The position numbers and the translations under genes were made by a program. A model generated the notes under the pieces. It was given only the letters and a program-made list of their open reading frames with translations. It ran no database searches and was not told the origin of the DNA. Positions 21,861-31,363 of a stretch of 32,000 nt of DNA are shown here, in pieces. How positions within the stretch are numbered: position 1 is the first letter of the stretch; every line of letters starts with the position of its first letter. The DNA comes from Candidatus Saccharimonadota bacterium (GTDB taxonomy: Bacteria > Pseudomonadota > Alphaproteobacteria > CAJXXZ01 > 1604HC), in the NCBI RefSeq assembly GCF_008189405.1, contig NZ_CP043316.1, positions 390,001 through 422,000 of the forward strand, given 5' to 3'.

Positions 21861-22970
21861 TTATGATGTCCATTTATTAAACATATTTTTGATATTTTCG
21901 AATGAACTTGTCTTTGTTTCTGTTTTATTGCTCTGATTACTAATCTTATCCAATGCGCTCCAAAGATTTATCTCTTCTGCTGTCATAGTTTTCTTAGAAG
22001 GAGTTTGTACAACAACGCGTACATATAAGTTACCCTTGCTTCGCCCAATAACCATTCCATGTGTTGCAACTCTCAGCTTAGTCTCAGATTGTATGCCTTC
22101 AGGAATTTTAATATTAATCATCTTTTTATCAATAGAGCTAATTTGAATTTCACTACTATTCACAGCTTGTACTGGTGAGATATTCACAGAACAATACAGA
22201 TCAGATTTAACTCTAGTAAATTCCTTATGCTTTGCTATACGAATCCTGATGTATAGGTCACCACTTCTAGAAACACCTTCATCACCCTCACCTACCAAAC
22301 GGATTTCTTGTCCATTTTCTATGCCTTGTGGGATAGTAATTGAGATTTCTTTATCTTTTTTAACTCTACCATTTCCAGCACAAAATCTACACTTAACTTT
22401 TATGGTTTTTCCAGTTCCGTTACAATTACTACATGCTTGCTCCACATGAAAAAAACCATGCCTAACATGCAACGTTCCTTTACCTTGGCATTGATTACAT
22501 TTTACAGGTGGCTCCATTGATCCAACACCTTTGCACTTTTCGCATTTTGCTAATTTTGGAATTTTCACTTTAGTTTGGTGACCATGATAAGCTTGCTCTA
22601 AAGTTATTTCTAAATCGAAACTTAAATCACGACCTGCTTGATTAGTAGATTGCTTTTGCCCACCACCAAAAAAACTAGAAAATATGTCATCCATACCATT
22701 AAAGAATGATGATCCTTGCTGAAATTGACTTGAATCAAATCCACCAAATTCATCCCCACCATGATCATATTGCGTTCTTTTATTTTGATCTTTCAAAACT
22801 GTATATGCTTCAGATATTTCTTTAAACCTATCTTCAGCTTCTTTTTTCTTTGCATCTTCAAATCTATCAGGGTGATGTTTCTTTACCAAAGACCTGTAAG
22901 CTTTTGTAATCTCTTCTTGTGTAGCAGTTTTAGAAACACCTAAAACATCATAATAACTTTTTTTATTCAT
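21861..22970 (-). CDS. dnaJ: chaperone DnaJ
   Basis: J-domain YYDVLGV...HPDR, a G/F-rich linker, and four CxxCxGxG repeats (CEKCKGVG, CNQCQGKG, CSNCNGTG, CRFCAGNG). Confidence 0.96.
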   Translation of the reverse strand: MNKKSYYDVLGVSKTATQEEITKAYRSLVKKHHPDRFEDAKKKEAEDRFKEISEAYTVLKDQNKRTQYDHGGDEFGGFDSSQFQQGSSFFNGMDDIFSSFFGGGQKQSTNQAGRDLSFDLEITLEQAYHGHQTKVKIPKLAKCEKCKGVGSMEPPVKCNQCQGKGTLHVRHGFFHVEQACSNCNGTGKTIKVKCRFCAGNGRVKKDKEISITIPQGIENGQEIRLVGEGDEGVSRSGDLYIRIRIAKHKEFTRVKSDLYCSVNISPVQAVNSSEIQISSIDKKMINIKIPEGIQSETKLRVATHGMVIGRSKGNLYVRVVVQTPSKKTMTAEEINLWSALDKISNQSNKTETKTSSFENIKNMFNKWTS

Positions 22971-22997
22971 TTATTTATTTCCTTAGCATTCAATACT

Positions 22998-24908
22998 TTA
23001 TTTATCTTCTTTTACGTTCTCTTCTTCTGCTTTATATTCAGCATCCTGAACAGTATCTTGATTTTCAGAGCTTTCAGAATTATCATCTGATTTTTTCTCT
23101 TTTTCTTGAGCAGCTTTATAAGCAATTTCACCAAGCTTCATAGCGTCATTTGATAGAGCAGCGATTGAATCTTCAAGAACTTTCATATCATCAGAATCTT
23201 TTTTGCTTTTCAAATCTTCTAAGGATGCTTCAATTTTTTGCTTGTTTTCTGCTTCAAGTTGATCTCCATGATCAACCAAAGCTTTTTCTGTACTTGAAAT
23301 CAAAGATTCTGCTTTATTTTTAACTTCAATTAATTTAACTTTTTGCTTATCAGATTCAGCATATTCTTCAGCTTCTTTGATCTTTTGTTCAATTTCTTCT
23401 TCAGACAATCCACCAGAATCTTTAATAGAAATTCTGTGCTCTTTATTAGTTGCTTTATCTTTAGCAGAAACATGAACAATACCATCTACATCAATTTCAA
23501 AAGTAACTTCAACTTGAGGAATCCCTCTTGGTGCTGGAGAAATTCCTGTCAAATCAAATTGCCCTAACAGCTTATTATCAGAAGCCATTTCTCTTTCACC
23601 TTGCAACACTCTAATTGTAACAGAGGTTTGATTATCTGCTGCAGTTGAGAATACCTGAGATTTCTTAGTTGGAATTGTTGTGTTTCTTTCAATTAGTTTA
23701 GAACAAATTCCACCTTCAGTTTCAATTCCCAATGATAATGGTGTAACATCAAGAAGCAATACATCTTTTACATCACCTTGAAGAACACCACCTTGAATAG
23801 CAGCTCCACTTGCAACAACTTCATCAGGATTCACTCCTTGATGTGGTTTCTTACCAAAAATTTGTTGTACTTTCTCTGCAATTTTAGGCATACGTGTCAT
23901 ACCACCAACCAAAACGACATCATCAATATCACTAGAAGATAACCCAGCATCTGCTAATGCTTTTTTACATGGTTCTGCTGTTCTTTCAACCAAACCGTCA
24001 ACCAAAGATTCTAATTTAGCTCTAGTAATAGATACATTAAGATGTTTAGGACCAGATGCATCTGCTGTAATAAATGGCAAATTAACTTCAATTTGATTAG
24101 AAGATGAAAGTGCAATTTTAGCTTTTTCTGCTTCTACTCTTAATCTTTGTAGCGCAAGCTTATCTTTTCTTAAATCAATACCATCTGATTTCAAAAATTC
24201 ATCAGCTAAATAATTCAATACAGCTTGGTCAAAATCTTCACCACCTAAGAAAGTATCACCATTAGTTGATAGAACTTCAAAAACACCATCACTAATTTCT
24301 AGGATAGAAACATCAAATGTTCCTCCACCCAAATCATAAACAGCAATCTTCCCTGATTTCTTCTTCTCTAAACCATATGCAAATGCTGCAGCTGTAGGCT
24401 CGTTAATAATTCTTTTTACATCTAATCCAGCGATTCTACCAGCATTCTTTGTAGCATTACGCTGTGCATCATTAAAATACGCAGGAACAGTAATTACCGC
24501 TTCAGTAACAGTAGCTCCTAAATATTTTTCTGCTGTAGATTTCAATTTTTGCAAAACAATAGCACTAATTTCTTCAGGTCTATAAGTTTGTCCATTTACT
24601 TCTACGCATGCATCTCCATTACAATTCACAATTTTGTATGAAGATAAATTAGCATGTTCTTTTGTGGTTTTATCATCGTAACGACGTCCAATTAACCTTT
24701 TTACAGAGTTAAAAGTATTCAATGCATTTGTCACAGCTTGTCTATTTGCTGCAGCACCCACAACTTTCTCTCCATCTTTAAAGGAAACTACAGAAGGAGT
24801 TGTTCTTCCACCCTCATCATTAGGTATAATAACAACCTTTCCTCCTTCAAGAACTGCAACACATGAGTTTGTTGTTCCTAAATCTATTCCAATAATTTTG
24901 TTCATCAT
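22998..24908 (-). CDS. dnaK: chaperone DnaK (Hsp70)
   Basis: [38 protein letters not shown]. Full-length 636 aa. Confidence 0.98.
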   Translation of the reverse strand: MMNKIIGIDLGTTNSCVAVLEGGKVVIIPNDEGGRTTPSVVSFKDGEKVVGAAANRQAVTNALNTFNSVKRLIGRRYDDKTTKEHANLSSYKIVNCNGDACVEVNGQTYRPEEISAIVLQKLKSTAEKYLGATVTEAVITVPAYFNDAQRNATKNAGRIAGLDVKRIINEPTAAAFAYGLEKKKSGKIAVYDLGGGTFDVSILEISDGVFEVLSTNGDTFLGGEDFDQAVLNYLADEFLKSDGIDLRKDKLALQRLRVEAEKAKIALSSSNQIEVNLPFITADASGPKHLNVSITRAKLESLVDGLVERTAEPCKKALADAGLSSSDIDDVVLVGGMTRMPKIAEKVQQIFGKKPHQGVNPDEVVASGAAIQGGVLQGDVKDVLLLDVTPLSLGIETEGGICSKLIERNTTIPTKKSQVFSTAADNQTSVTIRVLQGEREMASDNKLLGQFDLTGISPAPRGIPQVEVTFEIDVDGIVHVSAKDKATNKEHRISIKDSGGLSEEEIEQKIKEAEEYAESDKQKVKLIEVKNKAESLISSTEKALVDHGDQLEAENKQKIEASLEDLKSKKDSDDMKVLEDSIAALSNDAMKLGEIAYKAAQEKEKKSDDNSESSENQDTVQDAEYKAEEENVKEDK

Positions 24909-24999
24909 GACCCCTTTCTCGTAAAATTCAATAATAAATTAACCGTATATTTCAATTTATCAAAAATTTCTGTAAAAAGCTACTAATTTCTGTAAAGAA

Positions 25000-25545
25000 C
25001 TATTTAATTCCTGTTGAAACAGAGACTTTCGCATGCCTCAATACTTTATCATTCATCATATAACCTTTTGCTTTTATTTGAGCTATTTTATTTTTATCTT
25101 GATCTGAGCTTATTTCTTCTAAAATTTCATGTTTTTGAGCATCAAATTCATCACCAATTTGAGTATTTTGTTGGGTGATATTTTTACCCTCTAAAATAGA
25201 CAGAATTTGCTTATATACTAACTGAATACCAATATGAATATTCTTATCAGATTCAGCAGCTTGCAATGCTAACTCTAAATTATCCACAACCTCTAAAATA
25301 GATAGAGCAAAATTGTTGACAACATGTTTAGCATACTCTCTCGAATCTCTTTCAAATCTTTTTCTCATATTCTCTTTATCAGCTAATGAAAGGACAAGAT
25401 CTCCCTTTAATTTTTTAACTAAATTCTCTAAACCTTCTTGCGCATTCTCTTCATTTTCAGAATCTGAATTAGCATTTAAATTTACAGAATCCACATTATC
25501 ATTTAAAGTTTCATCTACATTACTTGAATCATGATCTACAAACAT
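25000..25545 (-). CDS. grpE: nucleotide exchange factor GrpE
   Basis: Acidic N-terminus, then LADKENMRKRFERD, the C-terminal beta-domain GYMMNDKVLRHAKVSV, and a position directly upstream of dnaK. Confidence 0.9.
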   Translation of the reverse strand: MFVDHDSSNVDETLNDNVDSVNLNANSDSENEENAQEGLENLVKKLKGDLVLSLADKENMRKRFERDSREYAKHVVNNFALSILEVVDNLELALQAAESDKNIHIGIQLVYKQILSILEGKNITQQNTQIGDEFDAQKHEILEEISSDQDKNKIAQIKAKGYMMNDKVLRHAKVSVSTGIK

Positions 25546-25629
25546 TGAACCCCCAAAATACTATGAATTTTATCAAAAAAATATTATTTAATCTAGTTTG
25601 AACCTTTAAAAACAAACTAAATCATAACT

Positions 25630-25658
25630 AATTTAACATAATACCTAACCAAAGTCAA
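25630..25658 (-). promoter_or_regulatory. candidate promoter for grpE-dnaK-dnaJ
   Basis: On the minus strand: TTGACT (25658-25653), 17-nt spacer, TAAATT (25635-25630). GGGGG SD at 25555-25551, 5 nt before ATG 25545. Confidence 0.3.
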
Positions 25659-25771
25659 TTTTCTGTACAAACCATCATTCTATCCTATATATCACACATC
25701 TTTCGTTATCAGTAATTTTTAAAATATTAATTAGCTCCTAAAATCCTTTTTATACAAATAATCCATAATAT

Positions 25772-26290
25772 ATGTTATCCTGTACGAATATGTTAATTGA
25801 AATCAAACCATTACCTAGTTATGCGAAATATTGGAGAATCACAACAGCGAATATTCCACACAGTTTACAATTAGCTGCGGAATATGCTGCAAAGAAGGCG
25901 ATTGCATTCAAGACACACATGCATGAGCAGGAAATACACCTTAATGTTAGATGCATTGATGTTCGATATATGAAATATTTGAATAAGAAGCATAGGGGCA
26001 AGAATAAAATTACAAATGTTTTGTCTTTTTCTTCTGATGTGATGCCAGATGATATGAAGTGTACTAGGATTTTAGGGGATATTTTTGTATGTACTAAAGT
26101 CATAGAGGATGAGGCATTGGAAGCAGATAAAAACTTCGAGGAGCACTTCATTCATATGGTGGCTCATGGGGCATTACACCTAATCGGGTATGATCATGAA
26201 ACTGAAGAGCAAAGTAAAATCATGCAAGACGTAGAAATCAAATTACTCAAAACCTTCAACATCCAAAATCCATATAAAATAAATGACTGA
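25772..26290 (+). CDS. ybeY: rRNA maturation endoribonuclease YbeY
   Basis: Metal-binding motif HMVAHGALHLIGYDHE. The start may be the internal Met at 25790. Confidence 0.9.
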   Translation: MLSCTNMLIEIKPLPSYAKYWRITTANIPHSLQLAAEYAAKKAIAFKTHMHEQEIHLNVRCIDVRYMKYLNKKHRGKNKITNVLSFSSDVMPDDMKCTRILGDIFVCTKVIEDEALEADKNFEEHFIHMVAHGALHLIGYDHETEEQSKIMQDVEIKLLKTFNIQNPYKIND

Positions 26291-26461
26291 TATAATGCAT
26301 ATTAATTGAAAATATTATAATATCTGCTAAATCAATATTAACAAAAAAACTTTACAATATATTCATTAATCTTGACTAAAAAAAATTTGATTAAAACATA
26401 ATATAAATCCATTATTGTGAATTAAGCTGTTGCCAGTTCTTTTGAATCTGATTATTGTTGA

Positions 26462-29400
26462 TCATCTTTTTTCAGCTTGTGCTTTAAGCTTGTTCAATTC
26501 ATCTATAGTGAAAGTTAAATTTGCATATTTACCTAAATCCCTAAGTGCATCATCTACACACGCTCCGTCTAAGTATTCTATTGCAGTATCAATTTCACCT
26601 TTTAACTTTTTTACTTCTTCTATAGTAAGTTCAGTAACTTCAGCAATTTCATTTATACTCACCGTATTCTTTATTAACATACTTTTCGCAATATTAATAC
26701 GCGTTTGATTTGTTCTTTCCTTTTCTGCCTTATCCATAGAAATACCATAGTTATATTTAATTATACTATCATTCATAAACTCCAGTATGCTACCCTTGAT
26801 TCTCACTCCGCTATTATGTCCAGCATATTCCTTATATTCAAACTCTTTAATATATTTCCAAGATTCAAGATATTTAGTATATTCAGTAGATTCAACAGAT
26901 TCAACAGATTCAACAGATTCAACAGATTTAGGCACACTGTTTGTATGGACACCTATTACAACATTACCATTTAAAATAATTGGACTTCCACTATTTCCTT
27001 GCAAAGTATCTACTGTATGTAAAATCATTTCATTATCATTATTTCTGAGTCTAGCTTTTTTAGCATTTCCAGATGATTTACACAGTTTGCTATTAGTACT
27101 TGTATTGCAAGCTCCTGGATATCCAATGATTGTTACATCTTTTTTATCAGCAAATTCTACTACTTTAAGTTTAAATACACCTTCTTCATTATCAGTAATA
27201 TTATAATCAAAAAATAGTAATGCAATATCATACTCAAGCGCACGCTCTTCTTTTCCTTTATAATTGTCATGAACATAATAATGTTTACAATGATGTTTAG
27301 TATTATGCCCCTCTTTTGCAAGTGCAAAATATACTTCATAAGCTCCTTTAAATTCAAAATCATATACATTATGCGCAGCAGTCATTACTATATTTTTACC
27401 AATTAAAAATCCACTTCCAAATACTGGCTTATCAATACCATCAAATTTCATGGTTATTTTTCCACAAGCAGAGTATGGAAGTGATTCCAATTCTTCCGAT
27501 TTTGTAATTTGTTCAAATGCCTCATCTTCTGATTTTGCACTCATTATAGATTCAGGCTCTCCATACCTACCTTCATTATATTTTTTCATTGCTTCCATTC
27601 TTCTATCATTTTCACTTTCATTTAACTCAGCAAGAATTGGACCGCCATAGCCTTCTATACTTTTAATATTTTTTTCATCTTTTTCATCTTGATCTGGTTT
27701 ATCAAATTTAGGCATTATAATTTTAACAATACCATCTGGACCTACGTTTACATATTGACTTGTAAATATATTCTTATCATCTTTACTTACAGGCACTGTA
27801 TTATTTACTGCTACAATAGAATATGCTGCTGCAAGTGCAATGATAGGATAAGGCTCAATACAATCATCAAATCCATTCCAATCACTTATAGTAACACACA
27901 AACTTCCATGATCATTCGTTGAATATAGCCAATTTGGACACCTTAACTTATCTGAATCTTTATATGGCCTAATAGGTGCATCTTTTCCGCTTGATGCTCC
28001 TATATATGTAGCTATTTGAGACAAATCTGTTTTTAGCCCTGCAACCACACCATTAATGTTTTTTAATATTATACAATAACTATCACCAATGCTTTTTGAT
28101 AATTTCCCATATCTCCCTCCTATATCATCATTCAAAATTCCAACACTCATCATCCTATACCAGTGTTGATGTATATGTGGATACATTGTTCCATGCCCAT
28201 TAGATACATAAACCATGCTCATCTTCATTAAATCATTTAATAAAATCATAGTACTTGCTTGATCTGCAGATCCATGATGTGGTGCAATACAAATAATATC
28301 ATGATCACTAGTATCACTTGTTACAGAATCATATAATGCATATAATCCAACTTTATGGCTATCTGTCGCCTGCATCAATGCATTTACATATGAGTATTTT
28401 TGTAATTTCATATTCCTACGCACAATATCTTTTCTATCTTTTAAGTATAGCCGCAACCTTTCTTCTAATGATTTATTATCATTACCTGATATTGTACTAT
28501 CCTCAGCATCTCCTGTACAAATCATAGATAAATATTTTGTATCTCTTGAGACAGTTTGATATTGGTGTGTGAATGAGATAATTGGACTAACTGCATTCTG
28601 ATCCTTTTCTGCACTATTACATGGTGTATTCATAGACCATATATATATATAATCTCTTAACTGAGCAATTGCATTATCAAATTGATTTAAATAACCTAAT
28701 AATGATGCTTGAGCATTTGCTTGAATTAGCTGGTTTTGAGCTAAATCAAACTGTTGATTTGTATGATCCCATTGGCATATATAATCTATATAATTGATTT
28801 TGTTTTTGGCATGAGAGTCAGTCAGAGATTTTAATTGATGAGTTAAATTTTTAACATTTGCTTCTGCAGCTGTCTTATTTGCTACTTTTCGTGCTTGAAT
28901 AAGATTCAATTCACCCTTCGCTATAGCAAATAATTCTTCAATATTTCCATAGAAGAAATTATTGCCCATTCTATCCTTACTCCAAGAATATGGCTCTATT
29001 AGTTTATTTATAAAAGCATCTTTTGCTTTTTTCATTTCACCTTTGTCATTCCAAACCCCACATAGAAATGAAATAACTTTTAATGTCCCATCAATCATTT
29101 TGTCTTTTAATGACTGGCTTTCTTTATCAACTTTATATTCAAGAACTCCTTCAACCTTATTTATATGATCTCTATCTGGATGTGATAGGATTACTATAAG
29201 TAAATGTAAGTCTGTAAGTTTTGAGCTAATTTCACCACATAAAGTTGCAGACCTAACATTATCAGCATATACATTAAATCTCAATGGAAATGGATGGCTC
29301 CCACAATCATACAGGAATCCAATTCGTTCTCTTTTTTTCACTTGCATTCCATCTTCATCCCTTTTATCATACTCAACAAAATACGTATTCAACTGGCAGT

Positions 29401-29509
29401 TACCTTGGCCGACATCAAATACATGCATCTCACTGCTCAGTACTCCAGCGTCAATCGATATACCAACAACCAGTATCAGGCTGCGTAATAGCATCATATT
29501 ATTCTTCAT
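26462..29509 (-). CDS. 1015-aa multidomain protein: signal peptide + ComEC-type MBL module + S1 trypsin-fold serine protease + (VES)n repeat + Rpn-like helical tail (paralog B)
   Basis: DVGQG 29402-29416, HPDRDH 29165-29182, TGD 28508-28516, HHGS 28268-28279. Protease triad: TAAHNV (His 27371-27373), EYDIALL (Asp 27227-29), GNSGSPI (Ser 26990-92). SD AGAGG lies 5 nt (GTAAA) before ATG 29509. Confidence 0.85.
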   Translation of the reverse strand: MKNNMMLLRSLILVVGISIDAGVLSSEMHVFDVGQGNCQLNTYFVEYDKRDEDGMQVKKRERIGFLYDCGSHPFPLRFNVYADNVRSATLCGEISSKLTDLHLLIVILSHPDRDHINKVEGVLEYKVDKESQSLKDKMIDGTLKVISFLCGVWNDKGEMKKAKDAFINKLIEPYSWSKDRMGNNFFYGNIEELFAIAKGELNLIQARKVANKTAAEANVKNLTHQLKSLTDSHAKNKINYIDYICQWDHTNQQFDLAQNQLIQANAQASLLGYLNQFDNAIAQLRDYIYIWSMNTPCNSAEKDQNAVSPIISFTHQYQTVSRDTKYLSMICTGDAEDSTISGNDNKSLEERLRLYLKDRKDIVRRNMKLQKYSYVNALMQATDSHKVGLYALYDSVTSDTSDHDIICIAPHHGSADQASTMILLNDLMKMSMVYVSNGHGTMYPHIHQHWYRMMSVGILNDDIGGRYGKLSKSIGDSYCIILKNINGVVAGLKTDLSQIATYIGASSGKDAPIRPYKDSDKLRCPNWLYSTNDHGSLCVTISDWNGFDDCIEPYPIIALAAAYSIVAVNNTVPVSKDDKNIFTSQYVNVGPDGIVKIIMPKFDKPDQDEKDEKNIKSIEGYGGPILAELNESENDRRMEAMKKYNEGRYGEPESIMSAKSEDEAFEQITKSEELESLPYSACGKITMKFDGIDKPVFGSGFLIGKNIVMTAAHNVYDFEFKGAYEVYFALAKEGHNTKHHCKHYYVHDNYKGKEERALEYDIALLFFDYNITDNEEGVFKLKVVEFADKKDVTIIGYPGACNTSTNSKLCKSSGNAKKARLRNNDNEMILHTVDTLQGNSGSPIILNGNVVIGVHTNSVPKSVESVESVESVESTEYTKYLESWKYIKEFEYKEYAGHNSGVRIKGSILEFMNDSIIKYNYGISMDKAEKERTNQTRINIAKSMLIKNTVSINEIAEVTELTIEEVKKLKGEIDTAIEYLDGACVDDALRDLGKYANLTFTIDELNKLKAQAEKR
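26889..26928 (-). repeat. perfect 9-bp tandem repeat (GATTCAACA x4 plus a partial copy) encoding (VES)n
   Basis: Unit copies at 26889-26897, 26898-26906, 26907-26915 and 26916-26924, then GATT. Translated on the minus strand as SVESVESVESVES, between the protease domain and the tail. Confidence 0.9.
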
Positions 29510-29836
29510 TTTACCTCTATCCTCATAATGCCAAGGTTTTTACAATGAATTGCACCTGAAACTTTATAATTGTTCAGACTATAACCTATTTTCCCGGCAA
29601 TTTGAAGGGTATCCTCATGATTACCTCAATTTTCAATCAAAATCAGCAACTATGATTTCAAAAGAAAATGTAAAAAGAAAACAAACTGCAATAAGAATAT
29701 ATATAATCAACAAGATAAAGCAGTGCCAAATACTCAGTTCAACATTGCATAATATAAACTATAAATGTTTAAATCCTAAATAAACACCTAAGCCTGATCA
29801 AAACCAGATAATCAAATAAAAAAAATTACTTAATAT

Positions 29837-31093
29837 TTATTTGATACATTTATACGCATTATAGTGCTGCTTCACAGCTCGAAGCTCTTCATTTTTCATC
29901 TTTTTATAGAAAGTCTTTATAGAATTAGGGTTCACAAATTTCCCATCCACTTTAATCTCATAATGCAAATGTGCAGCAGTTGTCATACCTGTATTTCCTG
30001 AATATCCTATCAACTCACCTTTTTTAATTTTCTGATTTTTATTCAAAAGCAATTTTGTAAGATGCGCATAACCAGTTGTGATTTTACCATTATATGTCGG
30101 ATGTGTAAGTTCAATATAATTTCCATAACCCCTACAAACAAATGCTCTTGTAACAATTCCATCGGCTGAAGCATAAATAGGAGTCCCCAAAGGTGCTGCG
30201 TAATCAATGCCTCTATGCATTCGTTTAATTTTCAAAACTGGATGAATTCTCCAACCATATGAAGATGAAACTCTAGCATTTACAGGCTTATTCAAATAAA
30301 CCAAATCATCATAGGAATAATTTTTCATAGGATCATACAGTTTTTTCCCTAACTGCACTATCACGTTATTCTCACCATTCTTATATTTAACATCTATCAG
30401 AGAAATCTTTGGCATCACTCCTTTTTGAGATGAAGATTCATACTCCACATTAATATTATGAATATTATGAAGAGATTTCCCTGCTTTTTGCATATATTGC
30501 ATTATTGTATGAACCATCGGCATTGGTAAACTTTTAGAAATTGAATTTCTCAAATTACCATTCACTTTATGCTTAAATATTTCTCTTTTCTCTCTCTGAA
30601 TCCATTCTAAAATAATATTATCATCAATAGATTTAAGAAAAATCTTAAAACCTTTGCCTGTAATATAGCATTCATCAAATTTATGCTGACCATTTTGCTC
30701 AAATACTTTAGTGGAAATCACGGCATTATATAGCCATGATGGAGGAATTACTTTTTCAATTTCTTGAGTAATTTTTGCAACTTGATTAAGAGCAATTCCC
30801 TCTTTTGAAAATGATATTGAAACACCTTCATGCCCAATCACGTGCTTTACCATTAATTGTTTTACAGGAATATTAGATAAAATCATATTAGATTGGGAAA
30901 TTTTTGGAACATTTGCTAATTTTAGTATAACAATACAACCACTCATAAATAGACATAATCTAAATAATGATATTAATTCGAAAAAGATATAAGTAAAGTT
31001 GATTAATCTAGGCATTAATCTGACAAAACTAGCCACATAACGACTCCAAAAACTAATTTCATCTACAAAAAACTTTACTACTATCGAGACCAC
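29837..31093 (-). CDS. M23 (LytM-type) peptidoglycan metalloendopeptidase, membrane-anchored, MepM-like
   Basis: HRGIDYAAPLGTPIYASADG and TAAHLHYEI (the HxxxD and HxH zinc motifs of M23). N-terminal hydrophobic helix. The start is uncertain: GTG 31093 or ATG 31015. Confidence 0.88.
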   Translation of the reverse strand: MVSIVVKFFVDEISFWSRYVASFVRLMPRLINFTYIFFELISLFRLCLFMSGCIVILKLANVPKISQSNMILSNIPVKQLMVKHVIGHEGVSISFSKEGIALNQVAKITQEIEKVIPPSWLYNAVISTKVFEQNGQHKFDECYITGKGFKIFLKSIDDNIILEWIQREKREIFKHKVNGNLRNSISKSLPMPMVHTIMQYMQKAGKSLHNIHNINVEYESSSQKGVMPKISLIDVKYKNGENNVIVQLGKKLYDPMKNYSYDDLVYLNKPVNARVSSSYGWRIHPVLKIKRMHRGIDYAAPLGTPIYASADGIVTRAFVCRGYGNYIELTHPTYNGKITTGYAHLTKLLLNKNQKIKKGELIGYSGNTGMTTAAHLHYEIKVDGKFVNPNSIKTFYKKMKNEELRAVKQHYNAYKCIK

Positions 31094-31363
31094 GAAGCAA
31101 TTCTAACACTTTCAAATAATTATCGCTATCTTATGTTGAAAAATCTGTGTAAAAATTGATATAAAATTAATTTTATTCTTTGGAAATACCTATATATAAC
31201 GCAAATATATTGTAATTTCTTTATTACAAAAATATCATTATTTTATATGGTATATTTTATGTAAATTTATCCGTTTATTCTTGTAAATTTTATGCAAATA
31301 ATATTCTATATTGCATGATTACAAATAATATGCCTATTATGCACACATTAGGAGTGTGTAAGC

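Noticed and set aside
25546-25771. Search for a CIRCE/HrcA operator or an RpoH-type heat-shock promoter upstream of grpE.
   Set aside because: No convincing match to TTAGCACTC-N9-GAGTGCTAA or to CTTGAA-N16-CCCCAT was found by eye. Only a generic TTGACT-17-TAAATT candidate was recorded.
26880-26930. The tandem 9-bp repeat considered as a CRISPR-like or regulatory array.
   Set aside because: The units are contiguous with no spacers, only 9 bp long, in frame and inside a long CDS. It is a coding microsatellite.
26462-29509. Paralog B considered as a mobile-element gene, because of the Rpn-like tail and the family's multiple copies.
   Set aside because: No transposase, integrase or PD-(D/E)XK core motif was seen, and no terminal inverted repeats or target duplications at the gene borders. 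The flanking spacers differ between copies.
29550-29783. 77-codon plus-strand ORF in the spacer between paralog B and the M23 peptidase.
   Set aside because: It has a TTG start with no SD and a low-complexity, unrecognisable translation, and it lies in the likely promoter/5' UTR region of paralog B. It was not supported.
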